Assembly: GCA_018985225.1 (NCBI GenBank)
Contig: JADGIF010000330.1
Location: 1-10,744, forward strand
Reading direction: 5' to 3'
Source of the DNA: Amoeboradix gromovi X-113
Lineage: Eukaryota; Fungi; Sanchytriomycota
Length of the DNA: 10,744 nucleotides
The notes under the pieces were generated by a model, which ran no database searches, was not told the origin of the DNA, and was given only the letters and a program-made list of their open reading frames with translations. The position numbers and the translations under genes are program-made. Shown in pieces: positions 1 to 8,534 of the stretch (the stretch's first letter is position 1; every line of letters starts with the position of its first letter).

Positions 1-1469
1 AATGGCACTTACCCAAGTTGTCTACACTGAAGGAGTGTGGGATCTCGAAGTAATTTGAGAGCTTCACATTTAACGTAGGCGAGACCCCAGCGAAAAAGAG
101 CGATAAAGCGTTTTGCATTGACCTTACCAAACAATTAACTCAAAGTTCAGATCAGCAATAAAATTAGCAGCTCAGCCTTTTCATTAGCCATAAAAGCTAA
201 CAGCCTGTTGATGAATTGCTATACAGACTTTGACACCTTACTCTTGAATCTAACTCACAGTCATTCAGAAAATCTACGTGTGTTCATTCTACATACCGCT
301 ATTTAGAATGGAAATAAATTAGTTCATTAATTGGGGTAATTCGAGCTATTTCTCTACTAATAACACCAAAGCTAAAAGTCGGATTTCCTAACCATCTGAG
401 AAGATAGGACACTTACATTATGCTGTTTGCAGCACGATCTATGGGTTAAGAATAGTCGTCCAGGAACCGTTTTCCAACCAGATGAGAAAGACAAGGCACT
501 GGTACAAATAGCTAATAAATAGTTTCTTTACCATGAACTTTGATTATGATACCAGTAGCATCTTGTAAGCGATATAATTGAACTACCAGGAGTCAGGCTC
601 GACCTAAGTAATAGGTTGTGAAGTAACTTTACGATTCAAAATAATCCAAGGCAAAAGGACAAAGGGGCAAACATTATCAAGACAGGATTATTACATTATT
701 TTGATATCTGTAAAACGGAGTTCTGAAATAGCATGGTATGATTACAGTGATTCAGAGCGGCAAATGTTATATGTTGCTTATGATGACATAAGAGATGGTT
801 GCTAATAATTCATTACTGGATTGACACATTCTATACTTGCACTTGCATTAATAGTGTTCGCAATGAATTGACAATTTAAAGAGGTATCCGATTCCGTTGG
901 AAGGTAAGTTAAAATGCTGGGCGCAACGCTAAAACAATCAAAATAAAATATGACGGATATACTGCTTACTCAGCCAAAAAATTCTCTTTAAGAAACCCTA
1001 CGATGAGGCAACAACAGTTCCATTTTTATAAACCCATGATGGATCAAGGTATCATCGTCCATCGCGAACGGAACACTTTTATGCACCAATTAGAATGACA
1101 GCAGTTTTGCTTATTCAAGAACCCATCACATTAAACTGTTGTCTTAACTGAAACTGGAACGATCGCAAGTATAAGAGCATTACGCAATTTTATAGCGGTA
1201 TAATGTTACGCCAACCTACTTATTGCTGTAGTCCTGCATCGATGAATCCTCAACTTTAAGAGGATTTATTTAGCAATGGTGAAAGACCAAAAAGTAAAAG
1301 ATTACAAACTTAAATCATTGAATTCTTGCCTAAGGCAAATGCAATAAAATATAGAAACTCTACTATATCCATTCGTAAAACACGCTATCTTTAAAAGTGC
1401 ATATATTTCATGGATAATGTCTGATTTCAGAAGCATATCATAAAAGGTTGTAAAAATTTAATTTATTAG

Positions 1470-1700
1470 TTAATGGTGAGCATGATGGTCTTCACTTTTA
1501 TTAAAGAAGTGGTCGTATACGCAGTAGGTCACGAAAATAACAGCAGCAGTTCCAAGTCCTGGAAATACCTCTCTAAGTTTTATTTTGCTTACCCTTGGAT
1601 CCTTTCTCCAAGAATGATGCTTAGCCCATGGATCTTTTATATGTGGGCGAAGGGACGGGTCAGAGAGTGGAAAGTTTCTTCTGATTATAGTTCTTAACAT
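1470..1700 (-). CDS. NDUFB3: NADH:ubiquinone oxidoreductase (complex I) accessory subunit B12/NB2M, 76 aa
   Basis: Family pattern DPWAKHHSWR...FPGLGTAAVIFVTYCVYD, one TM helix and a His-rich tail (EDHHAHH). AATAAA lies 2 nt past the stop. Confidence 0.9.
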   Translation of the reverse strand: MLRTIIRRNFPLSDPSLRPHIKDPWAKHHSWRKDPRVSKIKLREVFPGLGTAAVIFVTYCVYDHFFNKSEDHHAHH

Positions 1701-1744
1701 GTGTGGTAGGGAATTTAAGTGTCACGGAGTTGCAATAGAAAAAT

Positions 1745-1996
1745 TTATTTCTTAAAACCCATTTTTTTTATCCTTTTAAATAAAATAATTAGGATTAATG
1801 GTATTAGCACTGGAACGAAGTACTTAAAGTAGACCAAATACTGAAGAAAAGGATTTTGTGCGTGCTTTGGGATCAAGCTTTTTAGTTTCTTTTGTTCCTC
1901 GCCTGTTATTTTGTTCTCCTTAATGTATTCTAATACATCCGCTTCAGTTAGTCTGTATTCTATATGCTTTACCAACAGTTCTTCCAAAGAAATCAT
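1745..1996 (-). CDS. Uncharacterised small protein with C-terminal membrane anchor (about 83 aa from ATG 1996)
   Basis: ORF MISLEELLVKHIE...YLVYFKYFVPVLIPLILIILFKRIKKMGFKK has a hydrophobic C-terminal helix and basic tail. AATAAA overlaps the stop as in neighbouring genes. The track's 2017 start is a TTG; the true 5' end is uncertain. Confidence 0.6.
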   Translation of the reverse strand: MISLEELLVKHIEYRLTEADVLEYIKENKITGEEQKKLKSLIPKHAQNPFLQYLVYFKYFVPVLIPLILIILFKRIKKMGFKK

Positions 1997-2188
1997 TTCA
2001 CGGAGAATAATGAACAATATCGAAAAATGATTCCACTAAAGCTTCAAAATGAGTAGCACACCCACTGAGCTGACAGAGTCCACATTCAGGGTGCATGCAA
2101 TAGTCAAGCTATCTATCGTCTCAATGAAAATCAGATTTTTCAAATAATCCTTGCATACGCAAACTCAATTGAAACTCCCCATTTATCA

Positions 2189-3844
2189 ATGTCTGAAGAC
2201 GACAAAACGATTTTGCTGCGACTGCTACATGGGCAGTTTAGGATTTTGGAATTAGATCATATTTTAAAGTGCTTGAATCAACGGAAATCAGGCAAAAAGC
2301 AGGACAAAAAGGATCGTATTCAACTATACATTGACGAGCATGGAGTCTCAGATTTGTTAAGCATTCCACTAGTCATATCAAACATATCTCAAAGCCGTGA
2401 GTCTGGCAGGCTAAAAGAGACAGAACTGAATAAAATAAAAAAGCATCGCATGCTGGAAGAAAACAAAAGGAAGCAAAAAGCACTAGAGCAGCAACGTCAA
2501 GCAAGTTCTCGTAACTCTTACATGGAATACCTGAATAATATCTCTGATTATGAGATTTACAACACTCAAAACAGACACTCTAATAGCACCAGACCTTCTA
2601 CAGTCGAGGACTTCTTCGAAGGTAGATCTTTGAATATGTCTTCAGCAAATGAAATGATTATCATTGACTCTGAATTTCCTGTCATCAAATGGCACGGTGT
2701 CGAGTGCAGCACTTACAACATAAACTGGATGATCCAGCCATTTTACGAACAGCTGCGGGTCATTTATTCCTCTATTATAGATGGAGGGTCTAGAGCGGTC
2801 ACATTTCAGTTCTCACTTTCAAGCGGAGAGTATTCTGATCTACGCATAAAGTCCCGCAGTATTGTTTTTGTTATGACCCATTTGCATGCTGCATTCCTGT
2901 CCGTTCAAAATACGCTTGATGGTGTAAAATACCGCTGCTTGGTAGAGTATCCATGGGCGTTCAAGTATTGTATTAATGGCAATGAAATCAGTTACAAGTC
3001 AAAAGGGATTAAAGAGGTTCCGGGAAGCTCATCTGTAATCAACTTATCGAATCACTGCAAGCTTGGCATCAACACACTGTCCTTTCCATTTAATGGCTTT
3101 TCGAAGCTTGCGAGTAGCATTCTTTTTGCTCGTCCTGTCTCAATCCAGGAAATCACCGATTCTGTCATTTTACGTAAGACGCCAAGTACACAAAAACTAG
3201 ACTTTGTAAAAAGCTTGATATCAAAGCACAATGATGAGGATGTCCAGTTTGGCGACTTCAATGTTAGTCTTAATGACCCGATTTCATTAACCCGTATACA
3301 GATACCAGTCCTCTCCAGCACCTGTAATCACCTTCAGCCCTTTGATCTGATTAACTTCTTAATTGCGCAGCTTCAGGCTCCTCTGTTTAGGTGCCCCGTA
3401 TGCCACACATCTATAGGATCTCTTAAATTAACTATTACGCACTTCAACATCCCGCCTTCACTCAAAAACGACCTGACTCGTTTTCCCTTATCCAAATACT
3501 TCAAGTCAGACCCAATACCCACCATCTCTGTGGATTCCTGGTTTGTCGCCGTGCTCGACTCCTGCTCAGAGTACATCGGTCCTGCACTGTCTTTCAGGCC
3601 TCTGCAGATTGATGAGATAACAATCCAGTTGGATGGCTCCTGGATTGTAAAATCTACAAGTTGCTTGAGTGATAGCGACAAAGACTCTTTTGCTACAGAC
3701 TCTGCCGTGATGCATAATAAAAACGGTTCAGTTGATGATGACTGCGGCGATGAAGTGATATTAATCAATGCAACATCAAACACGGTAATAAATAGACAGT
3801 CGGTATTGAACGAAGATGAAGATGGAGTTATTATAATAAATTAA
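2189..3844 (+). CDS. SIZ1: Siz/PIAS-family SUMO E3 ligase (SAP, PINIT-like and SP-RING domains), 551 aa
   Basis: SAP-like FRILELDHILKCLNQRKSGKKQDKKDRI; SP-RING SLNDPISLTRIQIPVLSSTCNHLQPFD...FRCPVC; VDSWF...IQLDGSW; acidic C-terminal SIM-like motifs (DEVILI, EDEDGVIII). Confidence 0.88.
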   Translation: MSEDDKTILLRLLHGQFRILELDHILKCLNQRKSGKKQDKKDRIQLYIDEHGVSDLLSIPLVISNISQSRESGRLKETELNKIKKHRMLEENKRKQKALEQQRQASSRNSYMEYLNNISDYEIYNTQNRHSNSTRPSTVEDFFEGRSLNMSSANEMIIIDSEFPVIKWHGVECSTYNINWMIQPFYEQLRVIYSSIIDGGSRAVTFQFSLSSGEYSDLRIKSRSIVFVMTHLHAAFLSVQNTLDGVKYRCLVEYPWAFKYCINGNEISYKSKGIKEVPGSSSVINLSNHCKLGINTLSFPFNGFSKLASSILFARPVSIQEITDSVILRKTPSTQKLDFVKSLISKHNDEDVQFGDFNVSLNDPISLTRIQIPVLSSTCNHLQPFDLINFLIAQLQAPLFRCPVCHTSIGSLKLTITHFNIPPSLKNDLTRFPLSKYFKSDPIPTISVDSWFVAVLDSCSEYIGPALSFRPLQIDEITIQLDGSWIVKSTSCLSDSDKDSFATDSAVMHNKNGSVDDDCGDEVILINATSNTVINRQSVLNEDEDGVIIIN

Positions 3845-3850
3845 TTTACT
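3835..3850. terminator. Putative poly(A) signals of convergent SIZ1 (AATAAA 3835-3840, +) and APL4 (AGTAAA 3850-3845, -)
   Basis: Both hexamers abut or overlap their stop codons; the two stops are 5 bp apart. Confidence 0.5.
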
Positions 3851-6298
3851 CATTCATCTGTGTATTGAAATATTTGTTCAGTCATAGATCTTGTATCATT
3901 GTTATTATAATTCAACTTCAACTTCAATTTTATCACTGCCTATGTTAGTTTAATTTACATTCGAGGGATTCTGTACACTGAACTCTTGTGTGGCCTCTTG
4001 ATTCTTTGGTATATCAGATTTGCTTAGTGGCAAAATAGTTACTTTTAAGGACTTCGGTACGGCAATCAGAAACGCTAGTTGCGATATACCATTTACTACT
4101 CCATCATTCAAAATTCTTGCCCTGAATGAATTGTTGCCTAGTACTGTTAGTATCACTCGCACGCCATCTTTGTTAAATACTTGCACTTCCTTCGACTTCA
4201 CGGAATTTGAAGATGCTGCTGGTGCAGTTCCAAATAACTCGCTCAAGAGATCAACTGGCGCGCTTGTAGTTGCTGTAGTAGTGTTGGTAGGTAATTCCAG
4301 CGTTGTCAAAGTATTTAGCAGATCACTTACTGTGGCATCCTCAGGTGTTATTGGTGTAGTATCTTGAGCTATTTCAGGCAATTTGTACTCCAATGGTGGT
4401 ATATCCATCAACACTTGCTGTAATTGCTCTTTGTTCAAGCTTGTAATAAATTGTGAATATTCCAATGCACGTTGCTGTACATCTGTATGCATGTCTACTG
4501 CATATTTTGTAAATATCGAGTCATCAAATGCCGTACTGCCTTGCTGCTGTTTGTGCAGTTTGAACAATGCGGTCAACAAATAGCACTTGGTTTGGTTTGC
4601 TATTTCATGTTTGTCCACGTCGCTGCTGAATGCAACATGATACGGCTCAACTGCGCCATTCAATTTTCCATCAGGCTTACATCTTATATCCTGAGCCTTC
4701 AATAAAGATATCAATAAAGAGCTAATCTGCTTAATTGTAACCTTGGTATTATCTAGTTGATCTAGTTGCTGAGTGGTTAGTAAGACACAATACTCGCCAA
4801 TGCACCAAGCACCTACCTGTGCTAATGCCGTGTTTGACTGATCTTTACTCAACAAGTCATACAATAAGCGGGTAGCAAATGACTGAAATTCTGGAATATT
4901 GCTGATCAATTTAATAAACAGTCCCACGTGTTCTTCCTTAGCATGCTGGTTTGCTAATGTAAGCACGTTAATAAGAGATTCGATGTGCCATTTTCTATTA
5001 GGACTGTATTTTTCGCATACACTAAAACACTTGCTTACAATGTATGATTTGAATTCAACATCAGCAATTTCCAGAAACCCAACCAATTCGTTCATCATAG
5101 GCTTAATATTGCTAGGATTAATAAGAGTGAAAGACAAATCCAATGCACGACGGCGGATAGATGTATCAGGATCTTTTAGGCATTCAACAATAATAGTACG
5201 ATGACGCTGTACAGCTTTCATATCTTGCTCTACACATTTGCTAAGTGTCTGCAGTGCCACATACTTCATGTTGTTGTCTTTGTTTGTTAAAAACTTACCG
5301 AGTATGTTGATGCCCAAGACACGTAAACTTGAATCAGATTGGATTTCTAAAATTGTACGAGAAGTCTCGTAAAGGATAGCATTACCAACATTTCTAGAAG
5401 AATCAGTTTTAGTAGCTACCTGTGCCAATATGTCATGCATTTGATCAGCAGCTGCCTTGTTAGATTTGCCGATAAATCTAAAAAATTGCAACACTTTACA
5501 CTGCAAGAACGGATCTGTGATACCAGTAACATCATGCTCTGGACTATAACCCGCTGTAATTAGATTTCGCATTAATCGGAGAGTGTTGGGTAGTTGCTCA
5601 GTCAAATTTGGAATAAGTTGAGGGTTACCACCAAGCACTTCAATCAGAACTGATAAAGATGTGATTATAACGCCGTGATTCTTGTCATTTATCAAGTTCA
5701 TACACTTAGCAGCATATCTTTCACTCATTTCCGGTAATTTCTTTAGTACTCGCACGGCACAAAGAGCGGCTTTTTTACGTATATAGCTACTACTGCTACC
5801 AAGTAATTTTTCAACCTCACTGCTCAAGTCTCTTAGCATCTCTTCGCTCCCAATATTGCCAAGAGTACTCAGGGCTAGTCCGCTAATAAATAAATTTTGG
5901 TGATTTAAATCATTTTTCAAGCAGTTGGTAACCAGAGTTAAAACTTCCTGATTCTCGTCTAACAAAAGCATAACTCCAAGGTATCCAAGCCTTTTATCAC
6001 TAAAACGTGGTGAGGCAACTAATTTAACACATTCCATTTGTCCAAAATGAGCAGAATGTCCCAGCATATGTATGTACAACAGTTTTTGAATATTCATAGC
6101 TCTTAAATCGGCCCCCATCATTTGTGCAGCTTGTGCGGTAATACCAGAAACACCAGTAGCTGAACCTGTACCCTCTTTAATAAATGTACGAATGGATGCT
6201 GATTCTTTTGCAATAATGGCTCTTTCTTCTGCCAGAGTTTTAGCATTCCTTACCTGTCTTATTAATGATTTCAATGAAGTAGGCACATAAGATGACAT
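3850..6298 (-). CDS. APL4: AP-1 clathrin adaptor gamma subunit, complement(join(3850..3939,3959..6298)), 809 aa
   Basis: SLKSLIRQVRNAKTLAEERAIIAKESASIR, HFGQMECVKLVASPRFSDKRLGYLG, YSPEHDVTGITDPFLQ, and a gamma-ear domain (FLIAVPKSLKVTILPLS). Removing the 19-nt intron continues QNPSN into AVIKLKLKLNY..., matching the ear's final strands. First ATG is 6298 (track start 6304 is TTG). Confidence 0.95.
3940..3958 (-). other. 19-nt spliceosomal intron in AP-1 gamma: GTAAATTAAACTAACATAG
   Basis: GT-AG ends, ACTAAC branch motif, phase 0. Removal restores the ear C-terminus; retention gives an in-frame TAA. Confidence 0.88.
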
Positions 6299-6356
6299 TT
6301 CCAAATTACGTATGTTTTAGGGAGATTTTAAAAATAATTGCAAAATGTCGCTTATT

Positions 6357-7842
6357 TCAAGTATTTATTAAACTTTGTATGAATTCTTCTGACCTCAGCA
6401 CGGTATTTCCTCCTATTATTACTGTTGGTCCTTTTTCTTTCTTTAATTTATCGTTCAACAAATGAATTGCTCTAATCTCATCGTAAGTTATCCCTCCTTG
6501 TATATTAACTATGATATGCTGTGGTCTACATCAATTAAGGTTACCTGATAACACCCGGTAGATTCTGCTGCCCTGACTGTTGATAAGGATATTGCTGTTC
6601 TAATAGCTTTCCTTTTATTAAATCCTGTACTAATTTGATAACCAATGGCTCATGCTGTGTAAATACGTTATCAACTCCCTTTAATCCCTTCATCATTAAC
6701 TGTCCTTTCTTGATCAATGCCTGGGTTAGATTCATCGGGGTTTTATTGACACTCATAAGATGGACCAGCGACATATACCGCTCTAATCCCAACTGGCGCA
6801 AAGAGTTTGTAAATTCTGTTAAACATGTGTTATAACGGACTGCATATAGTAATATAAGCCGGACTTTATCGATGTCGTTTATATTTGAGGATAACAGCTG
6901 TCTGATCTGTTGCGCGCACCATTCTTCATTGTCCTCACAGGCTAGAGACTGCTCTATTTCTCCAATTGTCATAAGTTGATTCTTGTTTACTATCTCGCTT
7001 AAAATAGTCATGACATTAACATGTGTTTCCACATTCATTTGCAAATCCTTTAACTCAGGGTATCTGTTAATAAACTGCTTAATATCATCTAGTGAGTTAA
7101 GGCTACCAAGAGAGACATACTGGGACTGATACTTTAGCACCAATTCTTTGATTTTTAAACCCACGTCGCCAAATGAAGTAAATTTATGCTGAGTGTAAAA
7201 GTTATCGTTTGTAAAAGAAACAAGTGGTCTGTTGATTTTGTAATTTTCAATACCAATTAAATCATGAATCATTGACTGATAGTACCAAGAATGTAATAAT
7301 GGAGTCAAGTAATCAAAAGAACGGTTTAAATTTAAAATGACACAAGGCTGACCCGATGACGAAGGTAATGAGATATTGATACCACGAAGAACAGGGCTCC
7401 ATTGAAAAGCTTGTAGTAAAGAGCCTAAAGTAGATGATATCGCCTTTGGTGGTTGCATAAAAGCGTAGTCATCGAGAGCTATAACGTCCATATAAAATTC
7501 TAATACTTGGGTTATTCGTTCATAAATATCAGCTTGAGCAATTTGTTCAATCCACTGAGAGGTGGTTTCTGCTACTAGGCACAGAATGTATTGTGAATAA
7601 TGCGGATTTTGTAATTCTGTAATCAACTCCTGTAAAGAAGAAGGATGAACAATTAAAACAGCAGTCCAGGATAGATGGGACTGAGGTGGTAGCTTACCTA
7701 TGTTATAAACATTATTTTGAAGAAAATAGCTCATCGGGATAAAGCTAAGAATGCTAAGGCAGTAATCATCTAGAAGTAGTACTTTGTAGCCTTCATTACT
7801 TATCACACCTTTTATATAGCTTTGAATCAACTGAAATATCAT
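6357..7842 (-). CDS. VPS45: Sec1/Munc18-family protein Vps45, complement(join(6357..6525,6545..7842)), 488 aa
   Basis: GYKVLLLD, ELQNPHYSQY, RSFDYLTPLLHSWYYQSMIHDLIGI, KGLKGVDNVFTQHEP. Exon 2 encodes RPQHIIVNIQGGITYDE...IIGGNTVLRSEEFI, the typical Vps45 C-terminus. Confidence 0.93.
6526..6544 (-). other. 19-nt spliceosomal intron in VPS45: GTAACCTTAATTGATGTAG
   Basis: GT-AG ends, phase 2 (AG|A = Arg), TTGAT-GTAG 3' end. Removal joins the ORF to the conserved Sec1-family C-terminal motifs. Confidence 0.92.
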
Positions 7843-7917
7843 AAATCAAAAATAAAGGTGTTTCAAAGTTGATTGATTCTTTTTTTTCTATAGAAACAGA
7901 AGCATAGTTTTAAACTA

Positions 7918-8117
7918 TCAATAGAGTCCTTTACAAAGCTGGCTGGCCAAAAACTGCAATTCAAGGATGCTCACTGAGTCCCCATATTAAAAGTCCTGCT
8001 TCCCGAGAAAATAAAGAATTTCACAGAGAACTTCATAATGCCAATTAACCTGTTAGAGCAGCGGTTTTCGTGAACGGAACCATGAGATGGGAACAAATGA
8101 GAATGCAAACACATCTG
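7918..8117 (-). ncRNA. Candidate (probably decayed) omega-RNA scaffold / right-end region of the Fanzor/TnpB element
   Basis: Lies directly 3' of RuvC-III. Hand-folding gives two long imperfect stem-loops (8039-7986 and 7977-7918). No folding energy or covariation was computed. Confidence 0.35.
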
Positions 8118-8343
8118 GTATATGTTACTCGCGGTATTATGGGCACTATCCACTCTCAGACCACAGTTTGTACAGACGCATTTCTTCAAATCAGTTATTT
8201 TAGAATCCCATATCTGGTACACGTTTGACTGGTAAATGATTCGTTTCATTCCAACGACTTTTTCCAAAATTTGGATGAAAGTTCCATTTTGAGACCATTT
8301 TCTAAACTTTTAAATCAATATCTTGTATTGCCTGGTGATGCAT
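8118..8343 (-). pseudogene. Degenerate Fanzor/TnpB-like RNA-guided nuclease fragment (RuvC-II region, zinc ribbon, RuvC-III)
   Basis: Motifs occur in the correct order across three minus frames: MHHQAI/DLKV*KMVSK (8343-8287), GTFIQILEKVVGM (8285-8247), NESFTSQTCTRYG (8245-8207), CTNCGLRVDSAHNTASNIY (8174-8118). Compare the TnpB/Fanzor consensus ExxTSxxCxxCG...CxxCGxxxDRDxNAAxNI. Frameshifts, a stop and active-site changes are present. Confidence 0.8.
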
Positions 8344-8534
8344 TTAGATTTGATCTACTCTGGCAGTGGTAATTTGAAGATATTTTTATCGGTGAAAAAA
8401 AAGAATCACATATACTTATTTAATAAAAAATTACAAGAAAATAACTATTAAAGCTATAGAATTGATATGCAAAGATAAGCGATATGTTTAATTAGAATAG
8501 TCAATTACTATTCCTTGAAACCGACAGCTTTCGA

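Noticed and set aside
219-416. Minus-strand 21-23 nt GT...AG segments as further tiny introns
   Set aside because: They lack the YTRAY-RTAG end, and splicing yields no recognisable protein.
608-803. Pif1/Helitron helicase-like words KGQTLSR and MLYVA
   Set aside because: Spacing is much longer than in Pif1 motifs V-VI, and the flanking HKSQ and LSR residues are missing.
2036-2182. Stop-codon reassignment extending the small ORF (or Kex2) upstream
   Set aside because: TAA and TGA terminate conserved genes, and the long conserved ORFs contain no in-frame TAG.
7971-8267. 98-aa minus ORF as a functional gene
   Set aside because: TTG start; the frame skips the NESFTSQTC motif found in a neighbouring frame, so it is better explained as a frameshifted Fanzor/TnpB remnant.
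7886-8461. CTATAGAA at 7888-7895 and 8454-8461 as TSD/TIR, and hairpin ATAGTTTTAAACTAT (7904-7918) as a Helitron end
   Set aside because: Short AT-rich matches expected by chance, and no CTRR terminus. Element ends need multiple copies to define.
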